DNA of 64,000 nt from TPA_inf: Saccharomyces (Eukaryota), in assembly GCA_000146045.2 (NCBI GenBank), contig BK006945.2:608001-672000 (forward strand). The letters run 5' to 3'. Positions 33,022-44,439 of this stretch are shown here, piece by piece. Positions within the stretch are counted from its first letter, which is position 1; every line of letters starts with the position of its first letter. The notes beneath the pieces were generated by a model. The model had not been told where the DNA came from, ran no database searches, and saw only the letters and a program-made list of their open reading frames with translations. A program made the position numbers and the translations under genes.

Positions 33022-33463
33022 TGGACTTGGTCAAGATGAATAGTTGAGACTGAGAAAATATTCAAGACACTATGTATGTAGTCAATTAGCATGTAGTAAG
33101 TAATCAAAGCACTTAAAATATATTTTTACCATCGCATCGTTGTGATGCCTCTCCTTTGTGATTAACTATCTACTTTAAACGTTCTATTTTCTATGTTCTA
33201 ATTACGTATGTATTGGTCTTTTCTCTCCGATGGTAACAAGAAGCGTTTCGGGAAACAGTGGCACCTCCTTGTCCCTTAAATGTCGAACTTTAACAGTATA
33301 AGTACAAAGTGAAAAAAAAAAAAAAATGGAAATATCTATGATAGTGATATGATAGAAGAGCTATTTGAATGCTATGTTGTCATATTTAGCCTTACAAAAG
33401 GGAAAAGGCAAACACAGTCTTTTGTTATTACTATAGGAAAGATAGAATTGATATTAAAACAGT

Positions 33464-34057
33464 ATGAAGTTATTGCATTTATATGAAGCGAGCTTGAAGA
33501 GAAGGCCCAAAACTACGAATGCGATAATGACAGGTGCGCTATTTGGAATTGGTGATGTTTCTGCTCAATTGTTGTTTCCAACATCCAAAGTAAACAAGGG
33601 TTATGATTATAAAAGGACAGCTAGGGCTGTCATCTATGGTTCTTTAATTTTCTCCTTTATAGGTGACAAGTGGTACAAGATCTTGAACAACAAGATTTAT
33701 ATGCGTAACAGACCTCAGTACCACTGGTCTAATATGGTTTTACGGGTAGCTGTCGATCAATTGGCGTTTGCGCCGCTAGGTTTGCCATTTTATTTCACCT
33801 GTATGTCCATCATGGAAGGTAGATCATTTGACGTAGCTAAGTTGAAAATAAAAGAGCAATGGTGGCCTACACTTTTGACTAATTGGGCAGTTTGGCCACT
33901 TTTCCAAGCGATTAACTTTTCTGTTGTTCCTTTACAACATAGGTTACTAGCTGTTAATGTCGTTGCAATATTTTGGAACACTTACTTATCTTATAAAAAC
34001 TCAAAGGTTATGGAGAAAGACAAGGTACCTGTTCATTATCCACCCGTGGTCGAATAA
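33464..34057 (+). CDS. SYM1: Mpv17/PMP22-family inner mitochondrial membrane protein
   Basis: 197 aa with four predicted TM segments; Mpv17 family; matches YLR251W. Confidence 0.9.
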
Positions 34058-34626
34058 CTGGATAAGAAATCCTGATTTTGAAAATATTTGGAATTCAACT
34101 AGCATATTTATCAGACCTTGTTCCTTGGGGTACTGGAACAGCATATACCTAATAGACTTTCGGCAGAGAGCAGACCAACTTCATAAATATTTGAGTCACC
34201 AAAGTTGGCTAGCAATCTGCTTTTCCTTTACAGATGTGCTTGGTCAGGAACAATTTATTTAATTACATTCGTACTTCTTTTATAGAGGAAATAGTAGCTA
34301 ACATTTCACTATTGCGGTCATGCCTGTTGTTCTTCAGCTACCGTTTATGCAAAGGTGTTTAATTAGGTGTGAGACTTAAGTGGGCCTTTTAGTACCACTG
34401 TGGGTTCTGGACCTTTATATAATATTTCATTTTTTCAAAGGTTTTTTCATATGCCGTTAAAAGAGGTCAAAACATAGACCCGAGGAACATATCTTGTAAA
34501 TCGCTGCGTTATGTATGCATATTGTACTCCTACCTTCGTAACTGGAAAGAATCAGTCTGAAAGTTTATTGAGCCTGAAACGGAGCAAGATTATAGTTGAA
34601 TGTTTCTTATTCGGTGTTGATAGTAG

Positions 34627-36336
34627 ATGATGACCAAAGCTTTTTTTAACAAACTACCGTTTGAGGTATTCCGTCGGTACGTTAGGACAGGTAAAAGCAT
34701 CCCTCAAAGAAGCCCCAGGACAAGAAAATCTCTTCTGGTGGGTGGGACTATTGCATCAGCAGTAGTTTTGTACAACTTTAATGACACTTTTCATGATTCT
34801 GTAAAGCACACGGCACTGACGACTAAAAGAATCGCTGTCGTCACACAAGCTACCACTCGTTGCTTCTACCATTACAAGAGGGCTCTAAATAAAAGCTATG
34901 AGAACAAAAAAGAACGAGAAGTTGCCTTAAATAAATGTCATAAGATGTGTGCCTTAATCACGTTGCATGCGCTACGATCGAATGGTGGGATATATATCAA
35001 ATTAGGCCAGCACATTGGGGCCATGACCTACCTGTTGCCTAAAGAATGGACGGATACAATGATACCGTTGCAAGACCACTGTCCCGAATCCACCTACGAA
35101 GAAATTGATGAGTTATTTAAAGAAGATCTAGGCACCAGCATTGAGGATATGTTTTTAGAATTCAACAAAACCCCGATAGGTGTAGCTTCCTTGGCACAGG
35201 TTCATGTGGCAAAACTAAAAAATAGTGACGGTAAAGGTTCTAGTGTAGCTGTCAAATGTCAGCATCCATCGTTGAAGGAGTTTATACCATTAGATGTTAT
35301 GCTGACAAGAACAGTGTTTGAACTGCTGGATGTCTTCTTCCCTGATTATCCGTTAACGTGGCTTGGTGATGAGCTTCAGTCTTCAATCTACGTGGAACTG
35401 AATTTTACCAAAGAAGCTGAAAATGCAGAAAAAACCCGTCATTATTTTAGTAAGTTCAAGAAGCAAACAGCATTGAAAATACCCAAGGTCATTGAAAGCC
35501 ACAAAAGAATTTTGATTATGGAATATGTTGGAGGCAAAAGGTTGGATGATTTGGAGTACATTGACAGTCACGGTATCTCGCGCAGTGAAGTTTCGAGTTG
35601 TCTCTCTCATATTTTCAATAACATGATTTTTACTCCCAATGTAGGTATTCATTGTGATCCTCATGGAGGAAATCTGGCCATACGATCTGTTAAGCCCGCT
35701 AAAGATAATGGATACCATAACTTTGAAATTGTTTTATTTGACCACGGACTCTATAGATATCCTAGCACGAGAACAAGAAGACTTTATGCCAAATTTTGGT
35801 TGTCGCTCCTATTCGACAAGGACCAGACAAAAATGAAGAAGTATGCCAAAGGATTCGCAAACATCACCGACGAACAGTTTCCCCTTTTAGCGGCTGCAAT
35901 TACGGGCCGTAGCATTGATGCTGCTTTGAATTACGACATTTCAACGAGTCGAACACAAGAAGAAATGGACGTCATGGCAAATGGGATCTTGGAAGGAACG
36001 TTACTGAGCGACTTGATGAGCATTTTGTCTAGAATCCCTCGTGTAGTGCTTTTGATATTGAAGACTAACGACCTAACCAGACATCTTGATGAATGTCTAC
36101 AGAATCCACTCGGGCCAGAGAGGACTTTCCTGATCATGACGCAATACTGCGCCAAGACGGTCTACGACGAAAAAGTGGAAAGAATTAATTCGGAGTATGC
36201 GAGGTGGTCTATTAAATGGATGTGGGAGAACTTGACAAACTGGATAGTCTATGAGAGGCGTATTAATCAATTGTATTTTTATGATTTTGTGTTGTGGTGG
36301 AAAAAATTTATTCCGAAGACTTGGTTGTCATCTTAA
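34627..36336 (+). CDS. MCP2: Mitochondrial ABC1/ADCK (UbiB-family) atypical kinase
   Basis: 569 aa with ABC1/ADCK motifs (VAVKCQHP, DPHGGN, DHGL); matches YLR253W. Confidence 0.9.
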   Translation: MMTKAFFNKLPFEVFRRYVRTGKSIPQRSPRTRKSLLVGGTIASAVVLYNFNDTFHDSVKHTALTTKRIAVVTQATTRCFYHYKRALNKSYENKKEREVALNKCHKMCALITLHALRSNGGIYIKLGQHIGAMTYLLPKEWTDTMIPLQDHCPESTYEEIDELFKEDLGTSIEDMFLEFNKTPIGVASLAQVHVAKLKNSDGKGSSVAVKCQHPSLKEFIPLDVMLTRTVFELLDVFFPDYPLTWLGDELQSSIYVELNFTKEAENAEKTRHYFSKFKKQTALKIPKVIESHKRILIMEYVGGKRLDDLEYIDSHGISRSEVSSCLSHIFNNMIFTPNVGIHCDPHGGNLAIRSVKPAKDNGYHNFEIVLFDHGLYRYPSTRTRRLYAKFWLSLLFDKDQTKMKKYAKGFANITDEQFPLLAAAITGRSIDAALNYDISTSRTQEEMDVMANGILEGTLLSDLMSILSRIPRVVLLILKTNDLTRHLDECLQNPLGPERTFLIMTQYCAKTVYDEKVERINSEYARWSIKWMWENLTNWIVYERRINQLYFYDFVLWWKKFIPKTWLSS

Positions 36337-36403
36337 ATCGTTAGCGTTCTTTCTACTTGTAAATATATACGTAAAATTATATATAACAATTTTATATGTG
36401 TCA

Positions 36404-36973
36404 TTAAACGGAAGACGTTGTTGCTATCACAGTGGATTGTGTTATTTGGGTATTTGGAATATTACAGTGACTTCTTGCAGCGTTGTTAGTTTTTGCCATG
36501 TTCTGCAAGTACAAGGTTGAAGATGTGGTCGAGACTTTGATAGTATCCTTAAACAACTTCATTTTTTTATTTTGACTGGGTAACGACCTGGTGTTCCTTC
36601 TAGTCTCACCGCTAGTGGCTTCTTCTTTGCTGACTCTTAACTTTTGCAGCGCCTCTTTGGTGTCGAGTAACTCGTGTTCCAGTAGAACGTTGCGTTCCAG
36701 TCGTCGGTCACTCTCCAATTGTAATGTCTCTATCTTATTCCTCAGTTGGATATTTTCATTTTCCAACTCATCTACCTGTATCTCTAAATCTGTTATCTGT
36801 TTCTTATTGCACTTATTTTGTTGTTGGCTCTCAAGAAGATCGCTTTTTAACTTTGATATTACTTGTTCCAAATCATTTTCATATTCTTTCGTGGCGCCTT
36901 CAAGCTCGCTCAACTGGGTCTCCAGTGAGGAGATTATCTGTATAGCTGTTTCCAAATCCAAATTCGGCACCAT
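36404..36973 (-). CDS. NDL1: NudE-like coiled-coil protein (dynein regulator)
   Basis: 189 aa, almost entirely coiled-coil, N-terminus MVPNLDLETAIQIISSLETQLSELEG; matches YLR254C. Confidence 0.85.
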   Translation of the reverse strand: MVPNLDLETAIQIISSLETQLSELEGATKEYENDLEQVISKLKSDLLESQQQNKCNKKQITDLEIQVDELENENIQLRNKIETLQLESDRRLERNVLLEHELLDTKEALQKLRVSKEEATSGETRRNTRSLPSQNKKMKLFKDTIKVSTTSSTLYLQNMAKTNNAARSHCNIPNTQITQSTVIATTSSV

Positions 36974-38414
36974 AGGAAAGTCGCAATTGTTGCACGTATA
37001 TGTCCCTTGGATATTCCAATTAAATTTGCGAGGATTGTTCTTTCGGCCGTTCGTGGTTTGTTGTAGCCCTTATTATCCCTCTTTTTCATCCTTAATTGCA
37101 AATTTATGTATGAAAACTTTCATTTCTAATGTTATTAATTTTCCCGATTCTGCAAACTAATTGATAAAATAATTGATACTTGCCGTCACAGATGATATAG
37201 AGAACGTTCAGTTTTTTTATTGTTCTATTGTAAAAAAAAAAAAAAAAGGAAGAAAAAAGCAAGATCCGATAGGAGAAGACCTCTTTAGCGGCTTTACTGC
37301 GCTACAAATAAGGTTACGAATATGCGGAATAGTTCATGATACGTTGTTGAGTTATAGTATGTAGCCAATATTTCCTGTTTTTCCGCTGTTACCCTTTTCG
37401 AAGGATCGATGAACGCTTCTGTCACTTAGTAAGCAAATGTACGAAACCCAGAGCATTGTATGTACACCAGCAGTCGTTTTTTGTAGCTCTTTTCCATGGA
37501 TGGACGATGATGGCAAGACGCGATCGTGGCGGAGCCTCACTAAGAAAAACAATTGTGGAGAATCTATACACACAGAAATCGTACTTCAAGAAATATTGAT
37601 TAGCGAGCCTTTAAGCACAGAACAATCTCTATAGCCAACATCTTGTGGAAGCTACAACTGTTTTTCTTGTTCCCGCTTGAGTAGGGCCTTACAAGGCAAG
37701 ACCGTATAAAATAAAGATAACTCCTCCGCCGTATCCTGAATTTCGTGTGCCCTTTCTCTCTCTCTCTCTTCCTCTTTCTTCCTTTCCCTTTCCCTCTTCT
37801 TCTTATCTCAACAACCGCCCAGCGCATTAGCAAACCACAGTACGAGCTGTACGGCTGAGCCACTGCACCTGTCTGGCTTGCCCCTTTTTGTTGAGTAACC
37901 GGGTAATAATTCGGCTGTCTAAACGATACAATCCTCGTTCCACCCACACCCATTCACCCGTCGGGCGAAATCCACCCTCGCGGCCTCGTTTAGAATACCA
38001 GGCAACGGCACCAGCAACGGCCCCGGTAACTCGATCGCGTTCATATATATCGGATATACTCTTGAGGCACAATTTTTTTCGGTTTTCGGTTTTTTCTATT
38101 ATTCTTCGAGATGCAAAGCACACATTTGAGACTCACAACTCAAGATACCGCAAGCACACAGACGCTATTGTTCTCCCAAAGAATAGGTTCCTGCAGTGCT
38201 CTTTTAAGGTTTGAAGATATTGCACAAAATTGTATCTGATTTCATCTCATCGAACCTCATTCCATCAACTTCCTTTTATCAAAGCATCTTGTTTTGTTTT
38301 CGCAGAAAATTTTTCTTCCCTTTCAATTTGGCCTTTTAGTTTTTCTCCAGTCGCAGGCAAGAAGGTAAGGAAATAGAAGAAAAAGAAAAAAAAAAAAAGG
38401 GAACAATAGGTTAG

Positions 38415-41400
38415 ATGTCGAATACCCCTTATAATTCATCTGTGCCTTCCATTGCATCCATGACCCAGTCTTCGGTCTCAAGAAGTCCTAACATGCATAC
38501 AGCAACTACGCCCGGTGCCAACACCAGCTCTAACTCTCCACCCTTGCACATGTCTTCAGATTCGTCCAAGATCAAGAGGAAGCGTAACAGAATTCCGCTC
38601 AGTTGCACCATTTGTCGGAAAAGGAAAGTCAAATGTGACAAACTCAGACCACACTGCCAGCAGTGCACTAAAACTGGGGTAGCCCATCTCTGCCACTACA
38701 TGGAACAGACCTGGGCAGAAGAGGCAGAGAAAGAATTGCTGAAGGACAACGAATTAAAGAAGCTTAGGGAGCGCGTAAAATCTTTAGAAAAGACTCTTTC
38801 TAAGGTGCACTCTTCTCCTTCGTCTAACTCCTTGAAAAGTTACAACACTCCCGAGAGCAGCAACCTGTTTATGGGTAGCGATGAACACACCACCCTTGTT
38901 AATGCAAATACAGGCTCTGCTTCCTCTGCCTCGCATATGCATCAGCAACAACAGCAACAGCAGCAACAGGAACAACAACAAGACTTTTCCAGAAGTGCGA
39001 ACGCCAACGCGAATTCCTCGTCCCTTTCTATCTCAAATAAATATGACAACGATGAGCTGGACTTAACTAAGGACTTTGATCTTTTGCATATCAAAAGTAA
39101 CGGAACCATCCACTTAGGTGCCACCCACTGGTTGTCTATCATGAAAGGTGACCCGTACCTAAAACTTTTGTGGGGTCATATCTTCGCTATGAGGGAAAAG
39201 TTAAATGAATGGTACTACCAAAAAAATTCGTACTCTAAGCTGAAGTCAAGCAAATGTCCCATCAATCACGCGCAAGCGCCGCCTTCTGCCGCTGCCGCCG
39301 CTACCAGAAAATGTCCTGTTGATCACTCCGCGTTTTCGTCTGGCATGGTGGCCCCAAAGGAGGAGACTCCTCTTCCTAGGAAATGTCCAGTTGACCACAC
39401 CATGTTCTCTTCGGGAATGATTCCTCCCAGAGAGGACACTTCGTCCCAGAAGAGGTGTCCCGTTGACCACACCATGTATTCCGCAGGAATGATGCCGCCC
39501 AAGGACGAGACACCTTCCCCATTTTCCACTAAAGCTATGATAGACCATAACAAGCATACAATGAATCCGCCTCAGTCAAAATGTCCTGTGGACCATAGAA
39601 ACTATATGAAGGATTATCCCTCTGACATGGCAAATTCTTCTTCGAACCCGGCAAGTCGTTGCCCCATTGACCATTCAAGCATGAAAAATACAGCGGCCTT
39701 ACCAGCTTCAACGCACAATACCATCCCACACCACCAACCACAGTCCGGATCTCATGCTCGTTCGCATCCCGCACAAAGCAGGAAACATGATTCCTACATG
39801 ACAGAATCTGAAGTCCTCGCAACACTTTGTGAGATGTTGCCACCAAAGCGCGTCATCGCATTATTCATCGAGAAATTCTTCAAACATTTATACCCTGCCA
39901 TTCCAATCTTAGATGAACAGAATTTCAAAAATCACGTGAATCAAATGCTTTCGTTGTCTTCGATGAATCCCACAGTTAACAACTTTGGTATGAGCATGCC
40001 ATCTTCATCTACACTAGAGAACCAACCCATAACACAAATCAATCTTCCAAAACTTTCCGATTCTTGTAACTTAGGTATTCTGATAATAATCTTGAGATTG
40101 ACATGGCTATCCATACCTTCTAATTCCTGCGAAGTCGACCTGGGAGAAGAAAGTGGCTCATTTTTAGTGCCCAACGAATCTAGCAATATGTCTGCATCTG
40201 CATTGACCTCGATGGCTAAAGAAGAATCACTTCTGCTAAAGCATGAGACACCGGTCGAGGCACTGGAGCTATGTCAAAAATACTTGATTAAATTCGATGA
40301 ACTTTCTAGTATTTCCAATAACAACGTTAATTTAACCACGGTGCAGTTTGCCATTTTTTACAACTTCTATATGAAAAGTGCCTCTAATGATTTGACTACC
40401 TTGACAAATACCAACAACACTGGCATGGCCAATCCTGGTCACGATTCCGAGTCTCACCAGATCCTATTGTCCAATATTACTCAAATGGCCTTTAGTTGTG
40501 GGTTACACAGAGACCCTGATAATTTTCCTCAATTAAACGCTACCATTCCAGCAACCAGCCAGGACGTGTCTAACAACGGGAGCAAAAAGGCAAACCCTAG
40601 CACCAATCCAACTTTGAATAACAACATGTCTGCTGCCACTACCAACAGCAGTAGCAGATCTGGCAGTGCTGATTCAAGAAGTGGTTCTAACCCTGTGAAC
40701 AAGAAGGAAAATCAGGTTAGTATCGAAAGATTTAAACACACTTGGAGGAAAATTTGGTATTACATTGTTAGCATGGATGTTAACCAATCTCTTTCCCTGG
40801 GGAGCCCTCGACTACTAAGAAATCTGAGGGATTTCAGCGATACAAAGCTACCAAGTGCGTCAAGGATTGATTATGTTCGCGATATCAAAGAGTTAATCAT
40901 TGTGAAGAATTTTACTCTTTTTTTCCAAATTGATTTGTGTATTATTGCTGTATTAAATCACATTTTGAATGTTTCTTTAGCAAGAAGCGTGAGAAAATTT
41001 GAACTGGATTCATTGATTAATTTATTGAAAAATCTGACCTATGGTACTGAGAATGTCAATGATGTAGTGAGCTCCTTGATCAACAAAGGGTTATTACCAA
41101 CTTCGGAAGGTGGTTCTGTAGATTCAAATAATGATGAAATTTACGGTCTACCGAAACTACCCGATATTCTAAACCATGGTCAACATAACCAAAACTTGTA
41201 TGCTGATGGAAGAAATACTTCTAGTAGTGATATAGATAAGAAATTGGACCTTCCTCACGAATCTACAACGAGAGCTCTATTCTTTTCCAAGCATATGACA
41301 ATTAGAATGTTGCTGTACTTATTGAACTACATTTTGTTTACTCATTATGAACCAATGGGCAGTGAAGATCCTGGTACTAATATCCTAGCTAAGGAGTACG

Positions 41401-42923
41401 CTCAAGAGGCATTAAATTTTGCCATGGATGGCTACAGAAACTGCATGATTTTCTTCAACAATATCAGAAACACCAATTCACTATTCGATTACATGAATGT
41501 TATCTTGTCTTACCCTTGTTTGGACATTGGACATCGTTCTTTACAATTTATCGTTTGTTTGATCCTGAGAGCTAAATGTGGCCCATTGACTGGTATGCGT
41601 GAATCATCGATCATTACTAATGGTACATCAAGTGGATTTAATAGTTCGGTAGAAGATGAGGACGTCAAAGTTAAACAAGAATCTTCTGATGAATTGAAAA
41701 AAGACGATTTCATGAAAGATGTAAATTTGGATTCAGGCGATTCATTAGCAGAGATTCTAATGTCAAGAATGCTGCTATTTCAAAAACTAACAAAACAACT
41801 ATCAAAGAAGTACAACTACGCTATTCGTATGAACAAATCCACTGGATTCTTTGTCTCTTTACTAGATACACCTTCAAAGAAATCAGACTCGAAATCGGGT
41901 GGTAGTTCATTCATGTTGGGTAATTGGAAACATCCAAAGGTTTCAAACATGAGCGGATTTCTTGCTGGTGACAAAGACCAATTACAGAAATGCCCCGTGT
42001 ACCAAGATGCGCTGGGGTTTGTTAGTCCAACCGGTGCTAATGAAGGTTCTGCTCCGATGCAAGGCATGTCCTTACAGGGCTCTACTGCTAGGATGGGAGG
42101 GACCCAGTTGCCACCAATTAGATCATACAAACCTATCACGTACACAAGTAGTAATCTACGTCGTATGAATGAAACGGGTGAGGCAGAAGCTAAGAGAAGA
42201 AGATTTAATGATGGCTATATTGATAATAATAGTAACAACGATATACCTAGAGGAATCAGCCCAAAACCTTCAAATGGGCTATCATCGGTGCAGCCACTAT
42301 TATCGTCATTTTCCATGAACCAGCTAAACGGGGGTACCATTCCAACGGTTCCATCGTTAACCAACATTACTTCACAAATGGGAGCTTTACCATCTTTAGA
42401 TAGGATCACCACTAATCAAATAAATTTGCCAGACCCATCTAGAGATGAAGCATTTGACAACTCCATCAAGCAAATGACGCCTATGACAAGTGCATTCATG
42501 AATGCTAATACTACAATTCCAAGTTCAACTTTAAACGGGAATATGAACATGAATGGAGCTGGAACTGCGAATACAGATACAAGTGCCAACGGCAGTGCTT
42601 TATCGACACTGACAAGCCCACAAGGCTCAGACTTAGCATCCAATTCTGCTACACAGTATAAACCTGACTTAGAAGACTTTTTGATGCAAAATTCTAACTT
42701 TAATGGGCTAATGATAAATCCTTCCAGTCTGGTAGAAGTTGTTGGTGGATACAACGATCCTAATAACCTTGGAAGAAATGACGCGGTTGATTTTCTACCC
42801 GTTGATAATGTTGAAATTGATGGTGTTGGAATAAAAATCAACTATCATCTACTAACTAGTATTTACGTTACTAGTATATTATCATATACGGTGTTAGAAG
42901 ATGACGCAAATGATGAGAAATAG
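38415..42923 (+). CDS. HAP1: Heme-activated Zn2Cys6 transcription factor Hap1, Ty1-disrupted allele (1502 aa; last 32 codons plus stop, roughly 42825-42923, read from the Ty1 LTR)
   Basis: Zn2Cys6 cluster (CTICRKRKVKCDKLRPHCQQC) at 38604-38693, polyQ, six K/R-CP-V/I-DH heme-regulatory motifs at 39252-39674 and a seventh at 41988-42005; the ORF continues 100 bp into the 5' LTR sequence that begins at 42824. Confidence 0.95.
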   Translation: MSNTPYNSSVPSIASMTQSSVSRSPNMHTATTPGANTSSNSPPLHMSSDSSKIKRKRNRIPLSCTICRKRKVKCDKLRPHCQQCTKTGVAHLCHYMEQTWAEEAEKELLKDNELKKLRERVKSLEKTLSKVHSSPSSNSLKSYNTPESSNLFMGSDEHTTLVNANTGSASSASHMHQQQQQQQQQEQQQDFSRSANANANSSSLSISNKYDNDELDLTKDFDLLHIKSNGTIHLGATHWLSIMKGDPYLKLLWGHIFAMREKLNEWYYQKNSYSKLKSSKCPINHAQAPPSAAAAATRKCPVDHSAFSSGMVAPKEETPLPRKCPVDHTMFSSGMIPPREDTSSQKRCPVDHTMYSAGMMPPKDETPSPFSTKAMIDHNKHTMNPPQSKCPVDHRNYMKDYPSDMANSSSNPASRCPIDHSSMKNTAALPASTHNTIPHHQPQSGSHARSHPAQSRKHDSYMTESEVLATLCEMLPPKRVIALFIEKFFKHLYPAIPILDEQNFKNHVNQMLSLSSMNPTVNNFGMSMPSSSTLENQPITQINLPKLSDSCNLGILIIILRLTWLSIPSNSCEVDLGEESGSFLVPNESSNMSASALTSMAKEESLLLKHETPVEALELCQKYLIKFDELSSISNNNVNLTTVQFAIFYNFYMKSASNDLTTLTNTNNTGMANPGHDSESHQILLSNITQMAFSCGLHRDPDNFPQLNATIPATSQDVSNNGSKKANPSTNPTLNNNMSAATTNSSSRSGSADSRSGSNPVNKKENQVSIERFKHTWRKIWYYIVSMDVNQSLSLGSPRLLRNLRDFSDTKLPSASRIDYVRDIKELIIVKNFTLFFQIDLCIIAVLNHILNVSLARSVRKFELDSLINLLKNLTYGTENVNDVVSSLINKGLLPTSEGGSVDSNNDEIYGLPKLPDILNHGQHNQNLYADGRNTSSSDIDKKLDLPHESTTRALFFSKHMTIRMLLYLLNYILFTHYEPMGSEDPGTNILAKEYAQEALNFAMDGYRNCMIFFNNIRNTNSLFDYMNVILSYPCLDIGHRSLQFIVCLILRAKCGPLTGMRESSIITNGTSSGFNSSVEDEDVKVKQESSDELKKDDFMKDVNLDSGDSLAEILMSRMLLFQKLTKQLSKKYNYAIRMNKSTGFFVSLLDTPSKKSDSKSGGSSFMLGNWKHPKVSNMSGFLAGDKDQLQKCPVYQDALGFVSPTGANEGSAPMQGMSLQGSTARMGGTQLPPIRSYKPITYTSSNLRRMNETGEAEAKRRRFNDGYIDNNSNNDIPRGISPKPSNGLSSVQPLLSSFSMNQLNGGTIPTVPSLTNITSQMGALPSLDRITTNQINLPDPSRDEAFDNSIKQMTPMTSAFMNANTTIPSSTLNGNMNMNGAGTANTDTSANGSALSTLTSPQGSDLASNSATQYKPDLEDFLMQNSNFNGLMINPSSLVEVVGGYNDPNNLGRNDAVDFLPVDNVEIDGVGIKINYHLLTSIYVTSILSYTVLEDDANDEK

Positions 42924-43157
42924 TCATCTAAATTAGTGGAAGCTGAAACGCAAGGATTGATAATGTAATAGGATCAATGAATATTAACATATAAAACGAT
43001 GATAATAATATTTATAGAATTGTGTAGAATTGCAGATTCCCTTTTATGGATTCCTAAATCCTCGAGGAGAACTTCTAGTATATTCTGTATACCTAATATT
43101 ATAGCCTTTATCAACAATGGAATCCCAACAATTATCTCAACACCCACACATTTCTCA
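42824..43157 (+). repeat. Ty1 5' LTR (delta), 334 bp
   Basis: Direct repeat of 48410-48743; contains the TYA ATG at LTR nt 294. Confidence 0.95.
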
Positions 43158-44439
43158 TGGTAGCGCCTGTGCTTCGGTTACTTCTAAGGAAGTCCACACA
43201 AATCAAGATCCGTTAGACGTTTCAGCTTCCAAAACAGAAGAATGTGAGAAGGCTTCCACTAAGGCTAACTCTCAACAGACAACAACACCTGCTTCATCAG
43301 CTGTTCCAGAGAACCCCCATCATGCCTCTCCTCAACCTGCTTCAGTACCACCTCCACAGAATGGGCCGTACCCACAGCAGTGCATGATGACCCAAAACCA
43401 AGCCAATCCATCTGGTTGGTCATTTTACGGACACCCATCTATGATTCCGTATACACCTTATCAAATGTCGCCTATGTACTTTCCACCTGGGCCACAATCA
43501 CAGTTTCCGCAGTATCCATCATCAGTTGGAACGCCTCTGAGCACTCCATCACCTGAGTCAGGTAATACATTTACTGATTCATCCTCAGCGGACTCTGATA
43601 TGACATCCACTAAAAAATATGTCAGACCACCACCAATGTTAACCTCACCTAATGACTTTCCAAATTGGGTTAAAACATACATCAAATTTTTACAAAACTC
43701 GAATCTCGGTGGTATTATTCCGACAGTAAACGGAAAACCCGTACGTCAGATCACTGATGATGAACTCACCTTCTTGTATAACACTTTTCAAATATTTGCT
43801 CCCTCTCAATTCCTACCTACCTGGGTCAAAGACATCCTATCCGTTGATTATACGGATATCATGAAAATTCTTTCCAAAAGTATTGAAAAAATGCAATCTG
43901 ATACCCAAGAGGCAAACGACATTGTGACCCTGGCAAATTTGCAATATAATGGCAGTACACCTGCAGATGCATTTGAAACAAAAGTCACAAACATTATCGA
44001 CAGACTGAACAATAATGGCATTCATATCAATAACAAGGTCGCATGCCAATTAATTATGAGAGGTCTATCTGGCGAATATAAATTTTTACGCTACACACGT
44101 CATCGACATCTAAATATGACAGTCGCTGAACTGTTCTTAGATATCCATGCTATTTATGAAGAACAACAGGGATCGAGAAACAGCAAACCTAATTACAGGA
44201 GAAATCTGAGTGATGAGAAGAATGATTCTCGCAGCTATACGAATACAACCAAACCCAAAGTTATAGCTCGGAATCCTCAAAAAACAAATAATTCGAAATC
44301 GAAAACAGCCAGGGCTCACAATGTATCCACATCTAATAACTCTCCCAGCACGGACAACGATTCCATCAGTAAATCAACTACTGAACCGATTCAATTGAAC
44401 AATAAGCACGACCTTCACCTTAGGCCAGGAACTTACTGA
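43117..44439 (+). CDS. TYA: Ty1 TYA (Gag), 440 aa
   Basis: [17 protein letters not shown]... Gag sequence; +1 frameshift heptamer CTTAGGC at 44419-44425 near the 3' end. Confidence 0.9.

Noticed and set aside
33957-34262. 101-aa plus-strand ORF overlapping the 3' end of SYM1
   Set aside because: It lies out of frame inside and downstream of SYM1, has no conserved features, and matches the position of the dubious ORF YLR252W.
36591-37160. 189-aa plus-strand ORF antisense to NDL1
   Set aside because: It mirrors the coiled-coil gene on the opposite strand. Antisense frames of coiled-coil and biased sequences often stay open. It has no start context or motifs.
37600-37953. 117-aa minus-strand ORF in the NDL1-HAP1 intergenic region
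   Set aside because: It is basic and low-complexity, and is read across the CT/GA-rich tract (GA-repeat DNA encoding [14 protein letters not shown]). This looks like an artefact of simple sequence, matching the position of the dubious ORF YLR255C.
38784-39142. Minus-strand ORFs encoding poly-Leu and poly-Cys (LLLLLLLL, CCCCCCCC) opposite the HAP1 polyQ tract
   Set aside because: These are reverse-complement translations of the CAG/CAA repeat (CTG/TTG giving Leu, and GCA/TGT-type repeats giving Cys). They are artefacts of a simple repeat inside a real gene.
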